The notes beneath the pieces were generated by a model. That model had not been told where the DNA came from and did no database searches. It saw only the letters and a program-made list of their open reading frames with translations. Below are positions 46,538 through 58,978 of a stretch of 64,000 nucleotides of DNA, in pieces; position 1 is the first letter of the stretch; every line of letters begins with the position of its first letter. This stretch comes from Amoebophrya sp. A120. Taxonomy: Eukaryota; Protista; Dinoflagellata. The stretch spans positions 68,265-132,264 of the forward strand of contig CAJINV010000031.1 of NCBI GenBank assembly GCA_905178155.1, in the 5' to 3' direction. The position numbers and the translations under genes were made by a program.

Positions 46538-48513
46538 GATGAGGAATGACTGAACATCTACTTCCCAAATTCAAATGATGGAGAGGGCTGCAGCTCTCTA
46601 CACGCTGCAGTTCTTTGATTTATTCTTTATTGTGATTCGCGAATTTTTTGTTGATTTGAAAGCATAAGCACCCGTGGGCTTGGGAGCTCATCTGCAAATT
46701 ATCCGCTCCCTCGCTTCCTCATACTTTTTTCAAACCGCAAGGAAATGGGGTGACATCTTGTCAAATGGAGTTTGCGTGCGCGTATGAGCTCTTGATTTTG
46801 TCAACGGTTTTCGATTTCTGATTTGTACAGAGTGGCTGCCTGGATGCTTTGTTGTGTACCGTAGATTTTTGCGAGTAGCGCATAGCTTCCAGAGTCAGCT
46901 GCTTTTCATGGACAAAGAAATATTTGCTCAAATGCATCTATGGATACATGTACTTACTTGGGACCCACGTGAAACTACACTCGGTCTCGATGTAAGTACA
47001 AAGATCATGATAATACGAACTAGCATGTAGGACCGTAGGCATTTTACGCCTAGCCAGCCGTCAGGACCGTAGCATTTTACGCCGACTGCTTTTACGCCAA
47101 CGCCCGTGCGATCATCGCGAACGGGTATGATTCTCAACAGCACGACACAAGGTCATGCGAAGCAAAAACATACTCATTTCGCAGAGCCTTTCTCAAGCGG
47201 CGCATTTGTCAAAGCAAAGGATATGCAATCTGTTTTTTCATCTACAAGTTAAAGAGAATAAGAAACACAACTCAACAAAGCTATTACTTACTTCACGAGA
47301 TAATTTGTGGCCCAGATGTTGCATCTGATGATCTCATTTTTTTTTTTTGCACTACGGAACGAACTGATAATGCATCATGGTGACTGCTAGCTGTAGGGTT
47401 TTACGCCAGCAGGCACCAGCACGTTTTTTTTTCTTTATCCAGTTTCTAGCTGTAGTTTTTTTTTGTAAAATGTATGGGAATCATGCTAGACCGACGGATC
47501 AAGACCACAAGGCATAGGCAGGAAGATAAATTTATGAACTCTAGCATAATTATGCGCAAAACTACTGTTTCCGAATTCAAACATGCTTGCGGCATGATTT
47601 TGATTTCTCACAGAAGACGTAATTGATGACTTCGCTTTCTCTTCACAGAATAGATGACGTTTCACAGCGGGATCGAGAACAACATGGTGCCGTTTTTTGA
47701 GAATGGAAGAACGCCACTCAGCTGTGTTTGCAGAGCACACTTCTGTGTTCCTTCGGAGTCAGATCTGACCAGTCGCAATACATTCTTTCTATTCCTTGAA
47801 TGATCTACAACTTGATCTTTGGCGTCTCTAACACGTGCGAAGAACAGAGATCCTTTGCAGCTCGAAGGTCTGATGCGCTGTTTGTTCTTGTGCTTGCGAC
47901 GTTGATGACGACGAGATCTTGCTTGTGTTTCCTCCGTCACGGATCCCATTTCTGAAGTGCAGACTGGGAACTACAACCTAACTCCCCGTGTTGCTACAAG
48001 AGCAATATAGTGAGCATGCTCATCTTCAAGTCACGCTGTGCGAAGTAAAACGGTTAAGGTTTGTTGTGAACAAGATCTCTGCTGACGCAAAGTCAAAGTT
48101 TCCATTGCAGGCCGGAGCTGTTTTCTACTTATGCTCCTTTGCAAAAGTAAGGTCGGATCAATTCACTGGACCTAAGTGAGTATTACCTAGTACGGACTTG
48201 TTGGACCCCGATTTTCTTTTCGCTTTGGTGTGAATGAAATTCACAGGCCGCGAATTCGTAAGTTGAATGAGCATAAAGCCGAGTTTTGATTCAGTTGTGT
48301 CTTATTTGCGACGATATGGATGTTGTTTTTTCTTCAGGTAGTTGAGGAGCGGAAATTTGTAGGTTTAGAAGCGGAAGGAACTTCCTCAGTAGACTGATTT
48401 GCAAACTACGAAGATCTCCTGGTGGGGGCGACAAACATATGAAGATTAAGAGCGGCAACATTTGAACGAGCATGTAAACAGCCGCAAAGTATTAACGATG
48501 AAAGAAAGAAAAC

Positions 48514-48550
48514 AAATACCCACTCATGTTAAATACCCACTCATGTTAAA
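48514..48550. repeat. 17-bp tandem repeat x2
   Basis: aaatacccactcatgtt occurs twice. Confidence 0.85.
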
Positions 48551-48808
48551 GTCAATGTGTAAAAACAAAAAGTACGAGATCTTCTTCTGGCGACATAAAT
48601 AAAATTGTGCTAATACGACACACGAAAAAATCTTCTTTCACACGACACACTCACGACAAATAAAATTCCTGCACGCTCTCACGACGAGGATGGATGAGTT
48701 GTTCAGTGTGGGAGGACTTTGGAACATCACAATACCCACTGTGATTTTTTGTTGATGCGAGAAGTGTACTAAGGCCAGGTAGCTGCTCTTCGCACGAAAA
48801 AAGTCGGA

Positions 48809-51800
48809 ATGCGGGGCTCCCGCGGACAACAAGAGAGCGCAGGCGGCGAAACGCCGGGTGGAAGCGCCGGGAACGATGCAGACCCTTCTCTCGGCGGAAG
48901 ATCTTCAGGTTTACTTCAGAATGAAGATCCGAATGAACAAGATGAGAAGATCTTGTGGTCGGAGGCGGACATTTCTTACATGGAGCAGTGGCTCAACGAC
49001 GCGGAGAAGAGGCAGCTCCGGAAGAAGATACATGTGATTAAGGAGTGCAAGGGAAAGTGTCGCACCTTGCAAACTATCCAATGCATCAAATAGGTCTGGG
49101 TTCTGGAAGACGAGTGCGAGATCTGTCATGCAGCTTTTGCTTGACCAAAGTCCGATCGGGCATGCAAACTCTAGCATCACAGATTTTGTTGAGCAGGTAC
49201 TTACCCCACTGCCTAATCCGCATGACAAATCCACTGTTTCGGTAAAATAAGAACTGGGGCCTTTTGCTAGCCATGCATGACAGATTTTGTCATGGTGTAG
49301 ACTTCTGCAAATCGCAAATCTGAATTTTTCCAGAACTAGACACATTATATATTTGCAATGCATACAACCCATGGTAGACACTCAGGGGAAAGGAGAGCCC
49401 CTGGTGGAAGAGACGGGTCAAGGCTTGGAATATGTGACGCGGCGACGGCAGATTCTGGAGTACTGTGAGGAGCAAAATACGGGGGTCCGTAACTTGAAGG
49501 GCGCTGCAGCATCGAGACAAGCGGAAGCGCGGAGAGAAGAGGAACGGCAACAGCAACGGAGGAAAGGCGCGCTGCCGGTGCAGCACCGCGGAGACGGACC
49601 ACCCGGACCGCAAGTAGAAAGGCCGTTACTCCAAACTTATTCACCGCAAAAGTATAATAAATCGTGTAGTCTACTTACTACTCGTATATGAAAAGATTCT
49701 TGCTGAAGTAGATGTCTTGCATGACATTACCATTAGATCTAGCAAATCTTATCGGAATTATCCGCATGACAAATTTTCACCGCTGTTCGTGAGAAAATTT
49801 ATCATGCAAAATAAATGTGTACGACTACGTCTACAACGCTTTTGCACCAATGCATAAAACTTTACTTGAGGAACAATATCAAGAAGCTCCAGCGATCGAC
49901 GAGAGTCGGCACGCTGCGACACGGGTAGAAGTACCGGCGAAAATGAATCCCACTGGTGCCGTCCAGGTGTTGGACTTCGGCTGCAAGGAGCCGTCTGCGT
50001 CGAGTGCCACTGCTTCGGGTTGTAACATCTTCCAGCAGCAACCTTCCAGCAGTAGTTCTCGACCACCAGTAGCTTGTTCGTCTGTGACAGCACTAAAACC
50101 CGGTGGGGGACCACTCGGGAAACCAGAACAGTTGTTGATGTCGCGGCCCATACAATGTACCAGTGATGAAGTAGTGTTTTCAAAATCAAAATTTGGAGAG
50201 CGAGATGCTTGCTTTCGTTTTCTAGCGGAATGTTTTATTTCTGACCCATTCAATTGCATACAAATGGCATATGTTTTCGTTTTCTTCGCATGGATGTCGG
50301 TTTTTCAAATAAACGTCGTCGGCGCTACTTTTCAGGTTCCGACGAATTTACTCAAGATTTACTCGACCGAATTTGTGCCGATCATCGCGATTGTTCCAAA
50401 GAAGTCCGTCTGGGGCTGTGGAACAAAAACCCGACTCCACCGAGGCCAACGGGTCAGGACACGACTGCACTTCTTGTTCCCGAAACGATGAACAACAGGG
50501 CAACACTTCGAAACCCCGCTGGGCAAGAACATCCACTTGCACAGAACGCTGAAAATAAGGTCGTGCAGCACGACGACGACCACGTTGATAGCGAGAGTGT
50601 CTACTTCGAGCGGCCGCCCGATAATTGGAGGTCGAGGTCTGGGTCTTGGATGCCGGACGAGGAGGTCAACTCTGCTTCACCAAAGAACGAAATCTACGTT
50701 GGCCCAGATCTACTTGCTTCTAGCAGTAGTGGCAGCTGCAAGAACATGTTGCCGAGTGGACAAAAGTCCCCTTCTGCTTTTGAGGGCCTAGGCGCACGAC
50801 CCGAGTTGGGCGACGGGGAGGACAGCAGCAGTATTTTGGAAGAAGAGGAAGATGTGTGCGCTGTGGCGCGGAACCCCCTCTGCCATCTGCTAGCGGACGA
50901 TGAAAGCAGTTGGAGAGAAGTGCTACCAAACTGCATCAACCGTCGTGCCAGGAATTGGCTCGGTAAAATTTATTTGTGTCGAGGATCTTCACTTTTGAAT
51001 GATGATGTTCGTCCGCCTGCGCACTGTATGTTATGACTGAGGTTGAGTCATTTGAGTCGTGAAAATGTAGTGGCATATGAAATTTAGAGGACAATTTTAC
51101 TTATTTTGGTTGGAACAATGGAAGAACAAGCAAGTGCCTACCAATTTTGCCGACTGCCTAGCGTGGCACGCTCGCAGACCATAACTGTTGGTGCACGACG
51201 ATTTCTCGAGAAGCTACTGCAACCTGCAGCGGGAACGCCTCGACCAATCGGACGTCGACGCTTACACCAACCGCATTGCGCTCATCCTGCGCGTGACCGG
51301 GCACATCGACGCAGGTGGTGGTATCATCGGCCCGGCCGAGGGGGCCCAGACCACCCGGAATGCAGCACGGAACTTTTTGGCGTACTCGGTGCCTCTCAAC
51401 ACCAGGGCCGACGACCTGCCATCACTTGCAGGAGCTTCAGCACAAGGAACTTCATCTTGTGATGTGCCTTTGGCTTTACCGCCGCCGAGCACAGATTTGA
51501 CTGATACGCTACGCGATTTCTTATCAACGAGTTTGCAATTTTCATCCGATAAAAGTTCTCTGGCGGAGGAAGTTGACGTTGAGGACTCAATTTCTGCTGA
51601 AGGATCATATGCATTGCAAATATGTCCTCTGGGTTGTCTCCTGCTGGTGCTGGAAGACTGCGAGATTTGTTTGTCATGCTAGTCTGACATGCCGCTGCAA
51701 TTTGTATTGCATGGCCACCAGCAGTCTCTCTTGCCTGTCATGCAAGAACGCAGTTTCTCATGCGAAATTCGTAGCGCAGCAGCACGACGAAACTTGTCAT

Positions 51801-53300
51801 GCCTGGCGGCGCATTGCAGTGCATTTATGTTTCACAGACTTTCATCACAAGTTGAAGTTGAAGTTTGAGTTTCCAGCAGACGCAGACATATTTGCAACGC
51901 ATAAAAGAAGTAGTTCATCTTTCGGGTCTTTCGCCCCGGACCACGCACTGCTTGTGTACATTCCGCAAGCGGAACTGAGTCGCGCTTCGGAACAGGCGTT
52001 ACCACTGAAGAAGCCGAACTTCGAACATTCCGCATTTGCGATCCTGAATGAAGTTACGAAGCAGGTAGAAGAATAAATACATAGCAGACGTCTCTAGTAC
52101 TTCTCTATCTCTTTATGTTTGCAAGAAGAATTGCATACTTGCAGCCCGAAAATTATCAATCTCCGAAAATTCTAGAAAAAAAGCTTTCAAATTCAACTTC
52201 GACTACATCGGAGATCGATTGCCGAAATCGAATGACAATAATAAAACTCTACCGTAGTTGCAGACCGCAGATATTGGGACGACGAACAAGGACTTGAAGC
52301 AGAAAACCACCAACGGCGGCGTAGGTCTGCTGTGCCTCCTGGCCCACTCCGCGCAGGAGGAACGGCACTGCTTGGAGCTGAAAATCCGGCCACGCGAGGC
52401 GACGCTGCAATCGTGGCTAGACGGCAAGCCGGATGCTCGGCGTGACGAAATGTTGTCGAGGACCACCTGCGCAAAACTCGCTGGTGCAACCAAAACCGAG
52501 ACCTTCTTCCTGAAGCAGCAGATTGAGGCAAAAACAATCGTCGAGACCCGAGCGCGCGGGTTGGGAGATGTCCTGTCTTGGTGTGGGCAGGACAAGAACT
52601 TCGGCGACCACTACGAAATGAGCTTGGTGGCAAATGCGTTACCACCAGCAGAGGCAACCACGAGTGGACCACCGGTGGACTTGCTCGACTTAGAGCCCCT
52701 TTCTGCTCCCGGATTCTTTCTCATTGCGTTCACGCAAGTTTCGACCCAAAACGGTCGCTCCGAGGTCCTTCGTGATTTCCATCTCCCGCCCGCATGCAGG
52801 TACATAGTTCTTAATCGGACTTTGTGTTTGTCGAACTGTTCTACACGAACAAATTGAAGATGAAATGCTGAAAAATTGAAATGGTGCAGCTTCCCGATGT
52901 AGTTTTGCAGAAATAACCAGTTGTTGAAACCCAGAGCTGCTGCAACTTTATCATTTCTTCTTGCACGACGACCTGGCGTCGCAGTTTTTGTTGTCGCAAA
53001 ATGTGTTTAAATTTCTTCACCAGATCGCTGTACCTCTACCGGTGGGCAGAAAAGCGTGTGGCGTGGGGAAAGTGCGATGGCGCGGCGTGCTCGTTGCAAC
53101 GGCAGAACCTGGGGTGTAACGTTATTACCGTCAAAGAGGACCGGACGGAAATGGGTCGGGATGGCAAAACGCGTACCGTCGAGAAGCAGTTCTGCAGCTT
53201 CTGTCGTGGCGAAAACCTGCATTTACCGAAAAAGGCGATCATTCGCTCCGGTTACAAACTGGATCTCGGCTTCGGATTGTACTACGGAGTTTATCGTTGA
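48809..53300 (+). CDS. Hypothetical multi-exon protein with a C-terminal Cys cluster (possible Zn ribbon)
   Basis: ORF segments joined across 3 introners (LQT|MVD, LQT|LLEE, EGS|SSSSF) and several AT-rich GT-AG introns; last exon KCDGAAC...FCSFC; boundaries uncertain. Confidence 0.5.
49075..49364. mobile_element. Introner element family A (diverged)
   Basis: TATCCAATGCA...TGCAATGCATA; TSD caaac/caacc. Confidence 0.87.
49638..49856. mobile_element. Degenerate introner element (family C-like)
   Basis: TATT..GCAAAAG / CTTTTGC..GCATA; TSD aaact; frame restored. Confidence 0.78.
51608..51903. mobile_element. Introner element family A (diverged, TSD eroded)
   Basis: TIR TATGC.TTGCAAATATGTC; flanks gatca/aaaga; removing the element plus 5 nt restores the frame. 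Confidence 0.82.
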
Positions 53301-53450
53301 TATTGTGTGCAATTTTATCTAAACATCACATATCGAATTCGAGTTTGTGTTCTTGTTTCATGTTTCGGCGCGTGCCTCGCGAAGGATATTTGCACGATCA
53401 ATCGTAAGCAGATGACTTTTTGATGTCACTATCGAATAATGTCAAAACAG

Positions 53451-56400
53451 GACTCCGTTGACGAGCGCAACGGCGCCTAGCAGCAGAGCCCGGGGTCACC
53501 AAGTAGGGCCCGGAGCACAACCGTCGTCCTCGTCGGCTGCACCGCCGGCGGTGCAGTATCCGGATTTCATCACCTATGGTGCCACTGGCAGTCCGCTCTC
53601 GGAGGCAGCTCTCGACGACGGGGGCCACGGTAGTGGTAGGAGTCCACCTCCCAGCGGGTTGAAGGTCAGGTGGGGCCCTGGATCTACTTCGAACAACAAG
53701 GGCGTCGTCCACATCACGGCGGTATCAAGGGCAAAAATGTCTGGGTCTGGAAGAGTTGGAACTTGTGATGCAAACTCTGGAACACACAAAAATTTGTGTT
53801 GCATGAGCGCCAAAAGCTGTCCATTTCTTGGTACGCAAGTAGAAAGTTTCTCATGCGGGACAGGCGTCACGAGGCGTGCTCAAAACCTGTGATGCTTTTG
53901 CCTGCACCAGACGCCATTTGCGCGATCCGAAATATGCATGACAAATCTAGAAATCTTCCAGACCGAGACACTTTTGCATTGGATAGGCGGCCTCTTGTGA
54001 TGTGTCCAGGGAGAACGTGGAGGACGTGCTGCAACACGTTGAGACCCAGTTGCGGTATGAACTGCAAATATGTCTGGGTCTGGAAGAATGCAAACTTGTC
54101 ATGCTCGGCCGACAATGCACAAGAGTCTGTCATGCTTGTTGTGCTACAGTGCCACTTCTTTGCCATGCAAAAAGGCAATTTGGCACGCGATTAACGCTAG
54201 ACGTAGCCAACCAGAAACTTGTCATGCGCGGCTCCGCAATACAGTTTGCGTATCATTCGGACATCAGCATGACAAGTTTCCAGACCCAGACATATTTGCA
54301 ATGCATATGTGGTCGATCGGAGCGATTCTCCCGGGAGGTGAGGAAGCTTCATCCACCGGGGATCAAACTACAAGTGCCTGGCAACCTGCGACGACGAGAA
54401 ACTTCGAGGTGGTGGATTTCGATTTCTCAAACAACCGACAACTTGATTGCTACTGCACCCGGATGCTCACGAATTGGCTTCAGTACCACGAGCTCATGCC
54501 GCGCTCTTTGAAGCTGTTCAAGTGCAGTCTGGGAAACCGGGGCGCCAATGTGATTGCCTCGTACTTAATTTTATACTTACTAGATAAACTACTTACAACC
54601 AAATAATAGATCTCGTACTTCCACCTTTACTGCTGCTTCAGTTCCTCGGTTGTTTCCGTCGGCAGTGATAGCAGTCTTTATTCCGTTTGATTGATGTTTC
54701 TTCGAACAATTTCTTCTACTTCCAAACTGAAACTATTGCTCGTCCGCTATTTTTCTCCACATAAGATAATTCAAAATCAAATTCTGTCATTGCGAAAAAT
54801 TTTTGTCCAGGTTTTTACGGAATTTCAAACGGTTTTTACTGGGCGCGCGGATGGACGCAGGTGACACGTACCCATGGGTGATGGAGGAACTGCACTTGTC
54901 CGATAACTACATCGAAAACGCGGGCATTGCGCCACTCATCAAGTTTCTCAGCGACGAGACCACCGAGAAATTGTTACGACAGTGCACTATTCCCCCTCAC
55001 CCTCATTTGTCATGCAAAATCCCAACTTTACCTTCGGCCTGTTAGCACTTTTTGCATGACAGACTCCACAAGCCACAACAGCCCTGCAATCCTCTTGGAA
55101 TTTGTCATGCAAAAGCTGCATCTTTGCCAGCGCTTGTGTTGCTGTTCATGCAACACGAATGAGGGGGAGGGGGAGTTGTGCACTCTCATAATTGTACCCG
55201 CGCGTGTACGAGCCGTCGGTTGGCGACAGAAAACAAATGATTGCGGAGCTTCAGGACAGAGGTACTTGCTTTATAAAGTAAGTTGTAAACTTCAACTTCT
55301 CGCCCTGCGATACTAAATTGATGACTAACTAAACAAAAGTCTACATTATACCACGCGTCCGCTCAACATTCTCTTCTCGTCAGGCCTTCCTTTTTTTTGC
55401 CTCCCTCCTCGCTACGAAGAAGACGCGAAAAACGCGACGTGCATAGAAATTTCAGCAATAAATTCAGTAGACATTCATTCTTGGCTGGTGCCCAATTTGA
55501 TGCGGATGTGAAGAAGTAGACCCTTTGTTTTGTTGTAATTACTTCTCAACACGCAAGGCTTGTCCAGAGTAAATTCCAAGCTCCGAGGCACAACTTGAAA
55601 TGCTTCACCGTAAGTACGACAAACTACCAGGTTACGATAGCGAGGAGCACAGATTCACCTACGGGATGCGCATTATCAAAATGTTGAAAAAATCCTCCCT
55701 CCCCGTACTCAAACTCAAAATGGAATACTGGTGTGCGCACATTGTGCGTCAGAAGCTCACCCATTTTGAATACTACCGGGAGGGTGGATTTTTCTTTACG
55801 ATACACTTTTGCCGCCCGCTTATCAAATGCAAGCATGTTGTCTTGTTTCGATCTGGGTCTAAACTTGTGAGAATGCTTGCTTGCAACTGCAGTTTCGTGA
55901 TGCTTTCATCGAGTGTACCTAAGCTTGACTTGTCTTGTGTGTAGCTTGCGGCATTTTTATTGGATGGCAAAATACGTCGCGCTCGCGCTTTGTTTGCGAG
56001 TCATAGTACATAACAGGTTCTCGTTCATGAATGCCAGACACACAATACAAGAGCATTTTTTATTGTTCCCGACCAAGACTACATATTTGCGATGCATACC
56101 GCTGTGGGTTCGCCTCGATCGCAACCTTTTGGACGTGCCGAAGTTGGTGCTTGTCGAGGGTATGTCGGTGTGTGATCTGCAAAAACACAGGTGGAGCCAG
56201 CTGCGCGGTAAAAAGTTCCGTTTCCTGGCCATTGCCCTATCCCGTGCAGAAAGAAACATCTCGTCCACGACGACTCAAGAGTCAAGCTGCGAATGCTGCA
56301 ACATCGAACTGCGAAGAAATATAGTTATGCCGAAGTTTTGGAAGTCACGCATGACAAGATCTCATCTGTAGTGTAGCACATGCGCGCAAAAACAGCTTGA

Positions 56401-57043
56401 AGAAAATCTTCATGACAACTCTGGGGTGTCTGTGGGCACCAGCTCCGGTTTTTTTTTACACAGGATACGCGGGGGAGAAAAATTACCAGACGTACCCGGT
56501 TTTCCGGGACGAGTGTGCCGCAGAATTGTACCCAGCGGCCCACTTCAGCCATATCTATAAGCAATGGGCACGCACGGCGACGAGAGGCCAGTACAAGCAG
56601 ACCAACCAGTCTCCCTTCGAAAACGACGACTCTGGGTGGAATTCCTACGGGTACGGGGGCTCCAGCTGGGATATCAGAATGAAAAATCCCCCCTCCCCAT
56701 ATCAAAACTGAAATATGTGATGCAGATTTGTGGTCACAAATCAGCTTTGTCATGCTAGAAGGCAAAAGATGCGGACTGTACTGCTGCCTAGCGTGGGAAA
56801 GCCTTGCAGCTCCAGGATGACAGGAGGCAACTGGAAGTGGGAAACAGCATGACAGATTACCTGCAATCTAGGCCGCAGATTCGTCTCTTGGCCTTCTCGC
56901 AATACAAGTCGATTTGTGTACTCAAATACAGCATCACAAATTTGCGCATCTTCCGTTTCCGATATGGGGAGGGGGGATTTTTCCTTTTGATATGGGAGAA
57001 AAAGTCAGGAGGTAGTCCGTCCCCGAAATGGTGGAAGAAATAA
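53451..57043 (+). CDS. Leucine-rich repeat (RI-like) protein; 5' end uncertain; 6 coding introners
   Basis: DFDFSNN, SLKLFKCSLGNRGA, EELHLSDNYIENAG, PLWVRLDRN; stop TAA 57041-57043. Confidence 0.7.
53723..53985. mobile_element. Introner element family A
   Basis: TIR present; TSD ggcgg; join ITA|ASCD. Confidence 0.93.
54056..54307. mobile_element. Introner element family A
   Basis: TIR present; TSD tgcgg/tgtgg; join QLR|SIGA. Confidence 0.93.
54975..55190. mobile_element. Introner element family G
   Basis: TIR TA.GA.AGTGCAC.A.TCCCCCTC; TSD attgt; join EKL|YPRV. Confidence 0.92.
55821..56098. mobile_element. Introner element family A (diverged)
   Basis: TATCAAATGCAA...TTGCGATGCATA; TSD ccgct; join RPL|WVRLD. 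Confidence 0.88.
56238..56467. mobile_element. Degenerate introner element family B
   Basis: TATCCCGTG...CACAGGATA; eroded flanks tgccc/cgcgg; frame restored. Confidence 0.75.
56672..56992. mobile_element. Introner element family J (close to 41387-41701)
   Basis: TIR TATCA.AA.GAAAAATCCCCCCTCCCCATATC; TSD tggga; join SW|EKKS. Confidence 0.95.
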
Positions 57044-57046
57044 GAC

Positions 57047-57299
57047 TATCAAGTGTAAAAATGTCTGGGTCTGGAAACTTGTGATGCTGGGCGGCGTATC
57101 ATGAGGAAGCCGTAAGTGCTGGCTCAGCATGACAAGCTTTTGAGCTTCTAGGTGTTGCCTATTCTGCATGACAAACTGCGTTTCTGCATGACAGCAAAAT
57201 GGGGCTCTTGGGTAATGTGCATGACAGATTTAAGAGTCATGCCAGACTAGCATGACAGAGCTCGCATTCTTCCAGACCCAGACATTTTTGCATTTGATA
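57047..57299. mobile_element. Introner element family A just after the stop codon
   Basis: TIR present; TSD aagac overlaps TAA 57041-57043. Confidence 0.93.
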
Positions 57300-57574
57300 A
57301 AGACGTCGCCGTGCCGTACCATTGAACAACTCGAGAACTACCTCCGACAGCGACACAAAAGTAGACGTGGGGAAAAAAGAGATCTGAGAAGGTAAGTAAG
57401 TACTTTGAGCCGCTTGACAACAGCAGTATACTACGACCACCGACTAGTTTGAATCTAGACAAACTGACGCAAGCATAAAAAGCTTCCGCGGAACAACTTT
57501 GATGACTACATGAATGCACTGTGAGACAAGCTAGAAACTTCCTCTTCGGCAATGCAATTTTTGCGTCTTCCCTA

Positions 57575-57707
57575 GACGTAAAAAACTATTGGCAGCATAT
57601 GACGTAAAAAACTATTGGCAGCATATGACGTAAAAAACTATTGGCAGCATATGTAAAAAACTCAAGATTGGCAGCATATGTAAAAAAACTACTGGCAGCA
57701 TATGTAA
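57575..57707. repeat. 26-bp minisatellite (3 perfect and 2 variant units)
   Basis: gacgtaaaaaactattggcagcatat head to tail, no spacers. Confidence 0.92.
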
Positions 57708-58978
57708 ATTCTGCAAATCTTCTTCCGCTTCGTTTAAAAAAAGAATTTATGAATAGATTGATGCGGGCTGCATGCTGTCCGGAATTTTTTTTGTTCGTGC
57801 AGAACGAGCAAGTGAGTACCAGGACAAGCTGCAATGCTGCAGTTAAAGACTTTTTTTATATCAATCAGCCTTGCTAAGCCCAAGGCAGAAGAACAACTGT
57901 ATGACATTTCGAATACACTTCGGAACGATAGGCACAAGTAGAATCATAAGCTATGGGGCAATACGAAGCGCATCACAAGAAAGGGAAACTGAAGAAGAGT
58001 AAACCTTCGAGTTCATAGCACACGGACTAGAATGAAGCTGATCAGCATTTACACCGCCGGTGACGCCATGGTGCTTTCAAACAAGTAAGGGGCTGTCTTC
58101 AAGCAACCACTTATTTCTAGTATCAATGATGTCGATGTCCCTGGAGTCGTTTATGTGCTCACTTCAAAGAAACACAAGAAGGTGCTTCGCATACGTATTT
58201 ATTTTTCGACCGAGAGCTACATTGTAATTGTATCTTCATCTGTTTCGCACTACCACCCCATTTAATACTAAGAGTTTCTTTATTAGTACTCCGGTTGTGC
58301 CTCCATTTAGAACGGACGGTGTCTACGACAAATTTGTGCACAATTTTCTTCTCCAATTTGCAAAAAGGAAAAGAAGGAGAAGAGCACAAAGAAAACCAGA
58401 CGACGTAAAAAAACGTCTTTGAAAATTCAGAGGCAGATGCTATACCTAGACGCTCGTATTCGAATCTACCTCCGATAAAAATGCTATCTGTGCAACACAA
58501 CAGGTTGTGCGCTCACTGGAACGCACCGCAACAAAATAGACTATTTATAGGTAGCAAAAAAAATGAGATCCAAGACAAGCGCATTATGCTCACGCGACCG
58601 GAAATAGTCAAATAGGTGCAGCTAGTAAGACCGGAACCCGACCAAATAAAACACCAGTGGAAAAATTCAACTACAACGGTCATGAAAGCTGAATCGGTTT
58701 GATGCGGCAACGACAAGTATAATGGCAATCTTATCTCGCTGCAGGTTCACGGAAGGTAACAAAAGCAACAGTCAATACAAACCGGAAAAGGGATTGCATG
58801 CACTGCGATCGGGTTTGGTCGTGCGATTGTTGTTCTCCATCGTATGCGTACTAGAAGCGTCGTGTAATCATGTAAAAAGTGTTGTCTTCGTCGCTTCATG
58901 AGTGTGTTCGGAAAAAAGAAGTTATAAAAATTCTTTCTTCTTCTTCACCGCCAGCGCAAATCGAGCTCGAAGAGACTC

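Noticed and set aside
4374-57552. Recurring ORF peptides (IKCKNVWVWK, PDPDIFTFD, FQTQTFLHL, KMSGSGR, QKCLGLE) suggesting a repeat-protein family
   Set aside because: They are the six-frame translations of the family A TIR, not real proteins.
57575-57707. Possible CRISPR array
   Set aside because: Units are head to tail with no unique spacers, so this is a minisatellite.
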